Below are positions 1-9,143 of a stretch of DNA of 64,000 nucleotides, in pieces. The first letter of the stretch is position 1. Each line of letters begins with the position of its first letter. The position numbers and the translations under genes were made by a program. The DNA lies in the NCBI GenBank assembly GCA_016710595.1, contig JADJVM010000005.1:339657-403656 (forward strand). Direction: 5' to 3'. The notes under the pieces were generated by a model that saw only the letters and a program-made list of their open reading frames with translations, was not told the origin of the DNA and did not search any database. The DNA comes from Niastella sp. (GTDB lineage: Bacteria > Bacteroidota > Bacteroidia > Chitinophagales > Chitinophagaceae).

Positions 1-3000
1 GGGCCTGTAAGTACCGGGTTGGGGGAAATTTATCAATACGTAGTAAGGCCAAAAAAGGGATACGAAGATAAATACGACGAAACCGAATTAAGAACCATAC
101 AGGATTGGATTGTTCGAAGGCAATTGCTAGGCGTGTATGGCGTAGCAGAAGTGAGCAGTTACGGAGGGAAACTTAAACAATATTCTATTGAAGCAGACCC
201 TAATAAACTTTTATCTCATAATATTTCCATTACAGATATTTTCAATGCCCTGGAAAATAACAATCAAAATACCGGGGGGGCTTACATTGAAAAAGGGCCG
301 ACTGTGTTATTTATCAGGAGTGAAGGGCTGCTGAGTAATATAGAAGAAATTAAAAATGTTGCCATAAAAAATACAACCGCTGGTACGCCATTATTTATAA
401 GAGATGTAGCCGAGGTAAAAATAAGCCATGCCATCCGCTATGGCACTATGACTTATAATGATCAGGGAGAAGTTGCCGGCGCTGTAGTAATGATGCTAAA
501 GGGGGCGAACAGTAATGAAGTAATAAAAAAAGTGAAAGAACGTATTGCCCAAATTCAAAAAACATTACCGGAAGGTGTCATCATAGAGCCATTTTTAGAT
601 AGAACAAAAATGGTAAATAATGCCCTGCAAACCGTTGAAAAGAATTTAATGGAAGGGGCATTAATTGTAGTTTTTGTGCTGGTACTCTTTCTGGGAAATG
701 TGAGGGCAGGTTTATTGGTTGCGTCTGTAATACCGCTTGCTATGTTATTCGCAGTAATCATGATGAACCAGTTTGGCGTAAGTGGCAACCTGATGAGCCT
801 GGGCGCACTTGATTTTGGGCTCATTGTAGATGGAGCGGTGATCATTGTTGAAGCTGTAATGCACCGCTTAAGCCATAGTAACCATTTTAATAAGATAAGT
901 GTATTAAGCCAGCAGCAAATGGATGAAGAAGTAAAATTCTCTGCTACTAAAATGATGAGGAGTTCAGTTTTTGGCCAAATCATCATACTGGTTGTTTACC
1001 TGCCCATATTCACTTTACAAGGTATAGAAGGAAAAATGTTTAAACCCATGGCACAAACAGTGGCATTTGCATTAGTTGGTGCATTTCTCCTTTCCCTCAC
1101 CTATATCCCGATGATGAGTACTCTTTTCTTAAGTAAAAAAATGAAACACAAGCAAAATTTATCCGATAAGATGATGGTAAAATTAGAAAAGGTATACCAG
1201 GCTGCATTAAATAAAGTTGTAAACTTTCCTAAAACGGTCGTTGCCTCGGTGGTAGTGCTGTTTGTTTTCTCAATTTTTATTTTAAATACATTGGGAGGTG
1301 AATTTATTCCGGCACTGGAAGAGGGTGATTTTGCAGTAGATACCAGGGTGCTTACAGGTAGCAATTTAAATACAACCATCAGCATTACACAAAAGGCCGC
1401 ACATTTATTAAAGGAACGATTCCCTGAAGTAGAAAAAGTAGTAACAAAAATAGGCAGTGGCGAAGTGCCTACCGATCCTATGCCGATGGAAGCCAGCGAT
1501 ATGATGGTTATTTTAAAACCCAAAAAACAATGGAAATCTGCTAAATCATTTACTGAATTAAGCGAAAAAATGGGGCAGGCACTTAAAGAAATACCCGGCA
1601 TTTCAGCAGGTTTTCAATTTCCGGTACAAATGAGATTTAATGAGCTGATGACGGGTGCCAGGCAAGATGTAGTATGTAAAATATATGGTGAAGATTTAGA
1701 CAGCCTGGCTGCTTATGCCAATAAACTGGGAGGCATCATTAAGACTGTGAAAGGGGCACAGGATTTATATATCGAAACGGTTTCGGGGTTGCCCCAAATA
1801 TTAATTAGCTATAATAGAAACACAATTGCACAATACAACCTGAATATTGCAGACATTAATAACATCATTAATACTGCCTTTGCCGGGCAAATTGCAGGAT
1901 CATTGTTTGAAGGAGAAAGACATTTTGATATAGTGGTTCGAATAAACAGCGAACAAAAAAAGGATATAAAAGATATACAGAACATGCTCATTCCTACTCC
2001 TATGGGCACACAAATTCCTTTGTATCAACTTGCCGAAGTGCAAATAAAAGATGGCCCCAATCAAATACAAAGAGAAGATGCGAAAAGAAGAATTATTGTA
2101 GGATTTAATGTACGTGGCAGAGATGTACAAAGTATTGTAAATGAATTACAGGAAAAAGTGAATACGACATTACATTTTTCTACTGGTTACTATATTACAT
2201 TCGGGGGCGCTTTTGAAAACATGGTAGCAGCAAAAAAAAGATTGATGATAGCGGTTCCGGTTTCCCTCCTCCTGATATTTATTTTACTGTATTTCGCTTT
2301 CAAATCTATCCGGCAGGGCTTGCTTATTTACTCTGCCATTCCTTTATCTGCTATTGGTGGTATTCTGTTATTAGCAGTAAGGGGCTTACCTTTTAGCATT
2401 AGCGCAGGCGTAGGATTTATCGCTTTGTTTGGTGTTGCCGTATTAAATGGTATTGTATTAATTGCTGAATTTAATCGTTTAAAAATGGAAGGATTAACAG
2501 ATGTTAAAAGAATTGTACTCATGGGCACCAAAGTAAGATTAAGGCCCGTTTTAATGACAGCACTCGTCGCATCATTAGGCTTCTTGCCAATGGCATTAAG
2601 CAATGGAGCCGGTGCAGAAGTGCAACGCCCGCTCGCTACCGTAGTAATTGGTGGCTTACTATTGGCTACTTTCTTAACCTTATTTGTATTACCCGTTTTA
2701 TATATGATTTTTGAAACCGGTTTTCATAAAAAAAATAAATTCCAGAAAATACATACGCCCATCATGCTTTTGGTAACGGTTTTCTTATTGAGCCTTCCAC
2801 ATAAAGCAAAGGCCCAATCACCCATTAGTTTACAAGCTGCAATAGACACTGCGTTAAAAAATAATTTACAGGTAAAGCATGAGCATTTAAAAGCGCAGTA
2901 CCAGCAAATGCTTATCAATAGTTCAGCAACAATCCCCCAGGCAATTTTATTTGGAGAGGTTGGACAAATAAATAGTAGCTATACTGATACAAAATTCGGT

Positions 3001-3975
3001 CTTACACAAACTTTCAGTTTTCCTAAAGTTTATACAAAACAAAAAGAACTGCAAACCAGTGAATGGAAATCAAGCCTTATTGACATTTCAGTAAAAGAGT
3101 GGTTACTCATAAAACAAGTTACAGAAGTATTTTACAACATGCAATATGTAGAACAAAAAAAGACATTGCTCCAATATAGCGATAGCTTATATACTGACGT
3201 AAACAAAAAAGTAAAACTTAGGTTAGCCAAAGGAGAAACCAATGTATTAGAAAAAATAAGTTCCGAAAATCAATTAGATCAAATCAGCCTGCAACTTTTG
3301 CAACTCAGGGAAGATTCCAGTGTTTTACAATTGCAGTTTCAGCTATTACTTAACAGTACCTACCCATTTATTTCAGATCAAAAAGAGAAAATCGCCTCGC
3401 TCATCTCTTTACAGGATACTTTTTTATTAAAAGAACACCCTGTAATGCAATTGTTAGCACAACAACAGCAGGTTGCAGAAGCTCGTGTTGCTTTGGAAAA
3501 AAGTAAATTACTGCCGGATATTTCAATTGGCTTAAATAATACAAGTATGCAGGGTGCCGGTGCAGACAATAAAATCTATACCGCTTCCCATCGGTTTAGC
3601 ACAGTACAGTTTGGTTTAGGTATCCCCATTTTTACAAAGGCACAAAAATCTAAAATAAGCAGTGCAAAACTGGGTAAGCAAATTGCAGAAAGCAATTTTC
3701 ATACTGAATTACAAAGTTTGGATGCACGCTACCACTCACTTTTAATTCAATACAATAAATCTTTACAGGCGGTATCTTATTTTGAAAATAAAGCATTGAA
3801 AAATGCAGATCTCATAACTGCTACTGCCAACCTGCAATTTAACGCAGGTAGCATTAACTATTTAGATTGGGTTCAGGTTACAAACCAGGCGGTAACTATT
3901 AAAAATGAATACTTAGAAGCATTAAAAATGCTGAATAATATCATCATACAATTAAATTATATACACTTAAAATAA
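1..3975 (+). CDS. czcA: CzcA/CusA-family heavy-metal efflux RND permease (5' end cut by window) fused in frame to a TolC/CzcC-like outer-membrane-factor domain
   Basis: The frame is open from nt 1 (GPVSTGLGEIYQYVV...), so the TTG at 19 is not the real start. RND-type TM bundles and CzcA-like blocks are present (VDGAVIIVEA, QREDAKRRIIV, GAEVQRPLATVVIGGL). From about nt 2815 the protein continues as a roughly 385-aa TolC-like repeat domain (SLQAAIDTALKNNLQVK...). Confidence 0.85.
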   Translation, partial: GPVSTGLGEIYQYVVRPKKGYEDKYDETELRTIQDWIVRRQLLGVYGVAEVSSYGGKLKQYSIEADPNKLLSHNISITDIFNALENNNQNTGGAYIEKGPTVLFIRSEGLLSNIEEIKNVAIKNTTAGTPLFIRDVAEVKISHAIRYGTMTYNDQGEVAGAVVMMLKGANSNEVIKKVKERIAQIQKTLPEGVIIEPFLDRTKMVNNALQTVEKNLMEGALIVVFVLVLFLGNVRAGLLVASVIPLAMLFAVIMMNQFGVSGNLMSLGALDFGLIVDGAVIIVEAVMHRLSHSNHFNKISVLSQQQMDEEVKFSATKMMRSSVFGQIIILVVYLPIFTLQGIEGKMFKPMAQTVAFALVGAFLLSLTYIPMMSTLFLSKKMKHKQNLSDKMMVKLEKVYQAALNKVVNFPKTVVASVVVLFVFSIFILNTLGGEFIPALEEGDFAVDTRVLTGSNLNTTISITQKAAHLLKERFPEVEKVVTKIGSGEVPTDPMPMEASDMMVILKPKKQWKSAKSFTELSEKMGQALKEIPGISAGFQFPVQMRFNELMTGARQDVVCKIYGEDLDSLAAYANKLGGIIKTVKGAQDLYIETVSGLPQILISYNRNTIAQYNLNIADINNIINTAFAGQIAGSLFEGERHFDIVVRINSEQKKDIKDIQNMLIPTPMGTQIPLYQLAEVQIKDGPNQIQREDAKRRIIVGFNVRGRDVQSIVNELQEKVNTTLHFSTGYYITFGGAFENMVAAKKRLMIAVPVSLLLIFILLYFAFKSIRQGLLIYSAIPLSAIGGILLLAVRGLPFSISAGVGFIALFGVAVLNGIVLIAEFNRLKMEGLTDVKRIVLMGTKVRLRPVLMTALVASLGFLPMALSNGAGAEVQRPLATVVIGGLLLATFLTLFVLPVLYMIFETGFHKKNKFQKIHTPIMLLVTVFLLSLPHKAKAQSPISLQAAIDTALKNNLQVKHEHLKAQYQQMLINSSATIPQAILFGEVGQINSSYTDTKFGLTQTFSFPKVYTKQKELQTSEWKSSLIDISVKEWLLIKQVTEVFYNMQYVEQKKTLLQYSDSLYTDVNKKVKLRLAKGETNVLEKISSENQLDQISLQLLQLREDSSVLQLQFQLLLNSTYPFISDQKEKIASLISLQDTFLLKEHPVMQLLAQQQQVAEARVALEKSKLLPDISIGLNNTSMQGAGADNKIYTASHRFSTVQFGLGIPIFTKAQKSKISSAKLGKQIAESNFHTELQSLDARYHSLLIQYNKSLQAVSYFENKALKNADLITATANLQFNAGSINYLDWVQVTNQAVTIKNEYLEALKMLNNIIIQLNYIHLK

Positions 3976-3983
3976 ACTATTTT

Positions 3984-5111
3984 ATGAAACGAATTTTCAT
4001 CCTACTTCTCATTATAGCAGTGTCCTGTAATAGCAAAAACAATGAGACAGAAATAAACGCTACACCCCTTAATCAAAATATAGTAATGCTTACTGACGCA
4101 CAAATGAAAAATGCCGAAATAAGTATGGGGAAAATAGAGCAAAAAGAAATGGCCTCTATTGTAAGAGTGAATGGAAAAATTGATGTGCCTCCTCAAAATA
4201 TGGTTTCCATCAGCGTACCCCTGGGCGGCTATTTAAAATCTACAAAACTTTTACCGGGGATGCATGTAAATAAAGGTGAAGTGATTGCTATTATCGAAGA
4301 TCAGCAATACATCCAGCTACAGCATGATTACCTTGCGGCAAAAGCCAGGCTTAGCTATCTTAAAAATGAATATGAACGCCAAAAAGAATTAAATATAAAC
4401 CAGGCGAGTAGTGATAAAGTTTACCAACTTGCACAAGCAGAATACAAGACACACCTGGTTTTAATAACATCTCTCACAGAAAAATTAAAATTAACCGGTA
4501 TCAATATGAATAAGATTAGCGAAACCAATATTTTAAGAAGTGTAAATATTTATTCACCCATTAATGGTTTTGTTTCTAAAGTAAATGTAAACATCGGCAA
4601 GTACGTTTCGCCAACAGAAGTATTGTTTGAATTGGTAAATCCAGATGATATCCATTTAGCATTAAACGTATATGAAAGAGATATCAATAAACTTTATATT
4701 GGACAAAGCCTTTTAGCCTTTACAAATAATTTACCTGAAAAAAAATATGCCTGTAAAATTATTCTTATAGGAAAAAATATTTCCCGTGAAGGCAACACAG
4801 AAGTTCATTGTCATTTTGAGCAATATGATAAAGCACTTATACCCGGCACCTATATGAATGCAGAAATTGCAATAAAACAAAATATGGCTTACGTATTACC
4901 TGAAGATGCTGTAGTACGGTTTGAATCAAAACACTATGTGTATGCTGAAAAAGGTAAAAATCAATTTGAAATGACAGAAGTAACAATCGGCGAAAATAAA
5001 AACGGGTTTATTGAGATTATATTACCCGAAGGGGCGCAGCTTTTACATACCGGTATAGTTATAAAAGGTGCCTATTCCCTGTTAATGATGATGAAAAATA
5101 AAGAAGAATAG
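3984..5111 (+). CDS. Efflux RND periplasmic adaptor subunit (CzcB/HlyD family), lipoprotein
   Basis: Lipobox IIAVSC. Coiled-coil hairpin region (QLQHDYLAAKARLSYLKNEYERQKEL) flanked by barrel-sandwich segments. Lies immediately downstream of the RND permease. Confidence 0.8.
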   Translation: MKRIFILLLIIAVSCNSKNNETEINATPLNQNIVMLTDAQMKNAEISMGKIEQKEMASIVRVNGKIDVPPQNMVSISVPLGGYLKSTKLLPGMHVNKGEVIAIIEDQQYIQLQHDYLAAKARLSYLKNEYERQKELNINQASSDKVYQLAQAEYKTHLVLITSLTEKLKLTGINMNKISETNILRSVNIYSPINGFVSKVNVNIGKYVSPTEVLFELVNPDDIHLALNVYERDINKLYIGQSLLAFTNNLPEKKYACKIILIGKNISREGNTEVHCHFEQYDKALIPGTYMNAEIAIKQNMAYVLPEDAVVRFESKHYVYAEKGKNQFEMTEVTIGENKNGFIEIILPEGAQLLHTGIVIKGAYSLLMMMKNKEE

Positions 5112-5350
5112 AAATGAATGCCAATATATTTTATATAAAACAGGTATTTCACCATTATTATAAAATGCAACCTTTTTAAAACATTGCGTTATTATTTGGC
5201 ATGTTTGTGAATATTCACTACCTTCATATTTGAGCCCAAACACAGGTTCAGAAAACGCAATTTTGCTATGCGCATCTCTACGATGAGAACATATACAGCA
5301 TACCGTTTCCTGTATCTAAATGAAATCTTCTTTTTTCAATAAAATAAATA

Positions 5351-5938
5351 ATGGAAATTAAAGAAAGGCAATTGGAAATTATCACAGCCGCAGGAGAAAT
5401 CCTTACTGAACATGGATTGGCCCAACTCACTACCAAGCGACTGGCATCTAAAATGGGGTTTTCGGAATCAGCATTATATCGCCATTTTTCCAGCAAAGAA
5501 GAAATCCTTGTCACCATGCTGCAATATTTAGCTTCTGATATGGATAATCGCTTAAAGCAATCTTTACAGCATGTGGAAGCGCCCGATTTACATTTAAAAA
5601 CAGTATTGGGTAACCAATTCGATTTTTTTAAAAGAAACCCTCATTTCCTTGTTGCAATTTTTTCTGAAGGATTGATGGAAGACAGTGAAATAGTGAAAGA
5701 ATCTATTTTGCAAATCATGCACATTAAGAAATTTCACCTTCATAAAATCATTAAGAAGGGGCAGGCGGATGGAACATTCACAAAAGAGTTAACAGCCGAT
5801 GAACTGGTCCACATCATCATGGGCAGTTTTCGCCTTCACCTGTTACAATGGTGGTTTTCCGGCCAATCTTTCGATGTAAAACAAAAGGGTGAAAAGTTGA
5901 TCAATAATTTACTCACTTTAATAAAACTAAAAAAATGA
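5351..5938 (+). CDS. TetR/AcrR family transcriptional regulator
   Basis: N-terminal TetR HTH (IITAAGEILTEHGLAQLTTKRLASKMGFSESALYRHFSSKEEIL). Size is typical at 195 aa. Confidence 0.85.
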   Translation: MEIKERQLEIITAAGEILTEHGLAQLTTKRLASKMGFSESALYRHFSSKEEILVTMLQYLASDMDNRLKQSLQHVEAPDLHLKTVLGNQFDFFKRNPHFLVAIFSEGLMEDSEIVKESILQIMHIKKFHLHKIIKKGQADGTFTKELTADELVHIIMGSFRLHLLQWWFSGQSFDVKQKGEKLINNLLTLIKLKK

Positions 5939-6312
5939 TTCGTAAGAGTGTTGCATTGGTTATTTTATTATTTGGGTTCATAACCCTTTTCATGAGCGCC
6001 TCAGTGATTCTCGATTTGTTTCACATAAGAGAAAAAGAAGGTCATTATGTAACGTTTGTAGTGTGGGCAAATTTTGTATGCAGTATATTATACTTGATGG
6101 CAGGCTCGGCTTTATTACGATTTAAAAAAATTGCTAGTTTTTGGCTACTGTTATCTGTACTAATACTCGCTGCAACATTCATCGCATTACAGGTTCATAT
6201 TCACAATGGCGGATTGTATGAAAAGAAAACAGTTGTTGCCATGATTTTTAGAACCGGCTTATCTATCATTTTCACTATCTCTTCTTATTTATTCTTAAAA
6301 AATAAAAAATAA
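5935..6312 (+). CDS. Small integral membrane protein (about 4 TM), function unknown
   Basis: Four hydrophobic segments. The start overlaps the tetR stop by 4 nt (ATGA), suggesting translational coupling. Confidence 0.5.
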   Translation: MIRKSVALVILLFGFITLFMSASVILDLFHIREKEGHYVTFVVWANFVCSILYLMAGSALLRFKKIASFWLLLSVLILAATFIALQVHIHNGGLYEKKTVVAMIFRTGLSIIFTISSYLFLKNKK

Positions 6313-6314
6313 AA

Positions 6315-6785
6315 ATGAAACTATTCAATTTACTAATTGCAGCTTCCTTCATAATCCTTGCGTCCTGCAACAACAACAACAGCAAAGAACCGATACAGCA
6401 AGATCATCAAAAAACGGAAATAAAATCAGAAGAAGCATCGGATGCGCATGAGCATGATGAAAAAACAGAATCATTGAAATTGGATGATGGTAAAAAATGG
6501 AAGGCGAATCCCGAAACCCTTACAGGTATCAACAATATGATCAACCTGGTTCAGGATGGGCTTGCCAATAAAATGAGCGCTGCTACTTTAAAAGGTAGTT
6601 TACAGTCTGAATTTAAAACCATTTTTGATAAATGTACCATGACGGGTGAGGCACACGAGCAATTGCATCATTTCCTGGTTCCGCTAAAAGGCTTGTTAGA
6701 AAAAATAAATACAAATGCTGAAAATACAGCCGTATTAACAGAAATAAAAACCTACTTAGATACTTTTAAAAACTATTTTGAATAA
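6315..6785 (+). CDS. His/Glu-rich lipoprotein, function unknown (possible metal binding)
   Basis: Lipobox ILASC. Acidic His-rich stretch (EEASDAHEHDEKTE) and EAHEQLHHF. Followed by a strong terminator. Confidence 0.5.
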   Translation: MKLFNLLIAASFIILASCNNNNSKEPIQQDHQKTEIKSEEASDAHEHDEKTESLKLDDGKKWKANPETLTGINNMINLVQDGLANKMSAATLKGSLQSEFKTIFDKCTMTGEAHEQLHHFLVPLKGLLEKINTNAENTAVLTEIKTYLDTFKNYFE

Positions 6786-6824
6786 TTAACAAGGAGCGGG
6801 TTATTTTAAAAGAAGTGAATGAAA

Positions 6825-6865
6825 CCAAATGTAATACCCGTATGAGTATTACATTTGGCTTTTAT
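6825..6865 (+). terminator. Rho-independent terminator
   Basis: Perfect 13-bp stem CCAAATGTAATAC / GTATTACATTTGG (6825-6837 / 6846-6858) with an 8-nt loop, followed by CTTTTAT. Confidence 0.6.
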
Positions 6866-6904
6866 AAATTTATTTGCTGATCGCAGGTGAATGGTTTTGT
6901 TTCT

Positions 6905-7095
6905 GAGCATTTATGAGAAATTTCATCAAACAATAGTGGCTTAACAAAACATATTTTACTGAAATGTGGAGTGGATAAAAAAAGTTAATAGATTGAGAAT
7001 AAAGCGGGGAATGTTTTAAGGAAATATTTTAAAAGGGCGGTAAATTCGTATATATTTGAGTTGCCTATATGCATAATACACTCATCACAATAAAC
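6905..7095 (+). repeat. Dispersed repeat, full copy (segments A + B), includes promoter-like TATATATTTG and the first codons of the 7069 gene
   Basis: Segment A (6921-6990) matches 10108-10179, including an identical 17-mer TTTCATCAAACAATAGT. Segment B (6991-7090) aligns gaplessly with 11660-11760 at 76 of 100 positions by my manual count. Confidence 0.6.
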
Positions 7096-7950
7096 AAGGC
7101 TTTTACCTTTTTATTGACACTTTTAAGTTTAACTGTTTTCGGACAAAACAATCCAACAAAAGAAGCACAACCAATTGTTGCAGAGGATAAACTTTTGTAT
7201 AAATCTGAAATGGCTTCATGGTACGGTACAGATTTGTTTTTAGAAAACTATAAGGACAAAGAAAATATTGGTGGCTACTTTTCTTATTTAGATAACGAAT
7301 ACGCAAAATGTATTTTCTTTTCAAAAGCAGACAAGCCCAAAGTAATAGGGGCCATATCATTTGATAGTACATACAATACAAATACAGCCGATGTGAGTTT
7401 GACAGAAAGAGAATTTACCAAAGCAGAAAATGAGCTATATGAAATTAGGCAACTTGCTTTAACAGAAATTAAAACTGATACTTTTTTTAAAACATATAAG
7501 AACACGAATCTAAACTTAATTCCATTAATAACCGGAAAGGACAAAAAAGTATATATTTTGACTGGAACACAAAATAGTGGAGTTGTTATATTTGGAAACG
7601 ATTACTTACTCACATTTGATGAAAACAATAAACTACTTATAAAAAAACAGCTTCATAAAAATATTATCCCTGTGAATTATGGTGGAAAAGAAAATAAAGG
7701 CGAGCCGGCATTTGGTGCAGTACATAATCATTTACCAGAAACTGGAGAGTTTATAAGTGCAACTGACATTTGCACATTAATGCTTTATGAAAAATATGCA
7801 AAATGGGAGCAACATATGGTAATCTCAGAAAAATACATGAATATATGGAACTGTAAAACAGACCAACTCACAGTAATTCCAAGAGATGTTGTTGACAAAA
7901 AAAATAAAGACCCAAAAAAACGCAACAAGAAAAAGAGTACCGGCAATTAG
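7069..7950 (+). CDS. Hypothetical secreted protein with Lys-rich C-terminus
   Basis: Signal peptide (AFTFLLTLLSLTVFGQ). No family recognised. C-terminal KKNKDPKKRNKKKS tail. Confidence 0.45.
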   Translation: MHNTLITINKAFTFLLTLLSLTVFGQNNPTKEAQPIVAEDKLLYKSEMASWYGTDLFLENYKDKENIGGYFSYLDNEYAKCIFFSKADKPKVIGAISFDSTYNTNTADVSLTEREFTKAENELYEIRQLALTEIKTDTFFKTYKNTNLNLIPLITGKDKKVYILTGTQNSGVVIFGNDYLLTFDENNKLLIKKQLHKNIIPVNYGGKENKGEPAFGAVHNHLPETGEFISATDICTLMLYEKYAKWEQHMVISEKYMNIWNCKTDQLTVIPRDVVDKKNKDPKKRNKKKSTGN

Positions 7951-8115
7951 AATGGATACTGCCACAAAAGTATTTGCAAAAGCAGGCAGGCAATCAAAAC
8001 TAAGCTTTGTGCATGTACCAGCAGCGATTCGGGCAATCTATAAATTCACCACCTTCGCAATTATCCGAATATTTTGCGATAGCTTAAAAGAAAACAATTA
8101 ACAAATAGTAAGAAC

Positions 8116-8709
8116 ATGAAACCAGGTAATAAACTCACAGGATTGGGACTTTTGACCGCAATTTCAGCTTCTCTTTGCTGCATTACACCCCTTTTGGCAT
8201 TGTTGGCGGGAACAAGTGGGCTTGCTTCAGCATTTTCCTGGCTTGATCCATTAAGGCCTTATTTAATTGCCTTTACTGTTTTGGTATTTACGTTTGCCTG
8301 GTATCAAAAACTAAAACCACAGAAACAAATTGACTGCAATTGTGAAAAACCTGAAAATGCAGCTTTCATTCACACAAAAATGTTTTTGGGTATTGTGACT
8401 GTTTTTGCAGTACTTATGCTTACACTACCCCTATATGCTCACATTTTTTACCCAAAAAAAGAAGCCCGAACAATACTGTCAGACCAGGCAAACATTCAGA
8501 CTATAGAATTTAAAATTAGCGGAATGAGTTGTTCGGATTGTGAGGAACATATAAACCATGAAGTAAATAAACTGAAAGGAATAATAAACTCTACTACTTC
8601 GTATAAAAATGGAAACGCAATCGTGAAGTTTGATAAGACCAAAATCAATATTCAAAATATAGAAATGGCTATTGCCAGAACAGGCTATTCCTTAACAGGA
8701 AAAAAATAA
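8116..8709 (+). CDS. merTP: Mercuric transport protein MerTP (MerT-like membrane domain fused to a MerP-like HMA domain)
   Basis: TM1 carries a vicinal Cys pair (ISASLCCITPLLALLAG). C-terminal heavy-metal-associated fold has GMSCSDC. Confidence 0.8.
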   Translation: MKPGNKLTGLGLLTAISASLCCITPLLALLAGTSGLASAFSWLDPLRPYLIAFTVLVFTFAWYQKLKPQKQIDCNCEKPENAAFIHTKMFLGIVTVFAVLMLTLPLYAHIFYPKKEARTILSDQANIQTIEFKISGMSCSDCEEHINHEVNKLKGIINSTTSYKNGNAIVKFDKTKINIQNIEMAIARTGYSLTGKK

Positions 8710-8711
8710 AT

Positions 8712-8921
8712 ATGCACTTAATATTACAATCAACAATTACTTGCCCCTATTGTGGATATTCAAAAAAAGAAACTATGCCAACAGGTGCTTGCCAATATTT
8801 TTACGAGTGTGAGAATTGCAGAAATGTTTTAAAACCAAAACAGGGCGACTGTTGTGTTTATTGTAGCTATGGTACCGTGAAATGCCCGCCCATACAAGAA
8901 GGGATAAATTGCTGTAAATGA
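8712..8921 (+). CDS. GDCCVxC-domain small Cys-rich protein (mer-associated family)
   Basis: 69 aa with CPYC, CENC, GDCCVYCSYG and a C-terminal CC. Starts 3 nt after the merTP stop. Confidence 0.6.
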   Translation: MHLILQSTITCPYCGYSKKETMPTGACQYFYECENCRNVLKPKQGDCCVYCSYGTVKCPPIQEGINCCK

Positions 8922-9143
8922 TTAAAACAAGCGAAATAAGAAGCAGACTATATGACAAGATATTGCCAACAGAGGTGTAACGTGCTTCTTTGAAATATAC
9001 ATGAAAGTTGTATCATGAGAATTTCAATTAAATTGTAGTATTAAAAATTCACCAGTGTGCCTTCACTACAAACCATTCGCTGTAACTTTTTAGAATTCAT
9101 TTTTATGGGATTTAAAATAAATGATTTTTCAAATTTGTTTGAA

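Noticed and set aside
555-3569. Seven minus-strand ORFs of 63-166 aa inside the czcA region (555-986, 1101-1601, 1809-2009, 1900-2130, 2328-2603, 2724-2918, 3378-3569).
   Set aside because: They lie entirely antisense within a well-supported long CDS. They are low-complexity and have no motifs, so they are typical shadow ORFs.
8055-8079. The inverted repeat TCGCAA-N13-TTGCGA upstream of merTP, considered as a possible mer operator.
   Set aside because: The arms are only 6 bp with unusual spacing, no regulator gene is nearby, and it is not distinguishable from chance in AT-rich DNA.
7886-8101. A 71-aa ORF between the secreted-protein gene and merTP, considered as a possible small MerR/ArsR-type regulator.
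   Set aside because: It overlaps the 3' end of the preceding CDS. It has no HTH pattern and is a basic, low-complexity shadow sequence.
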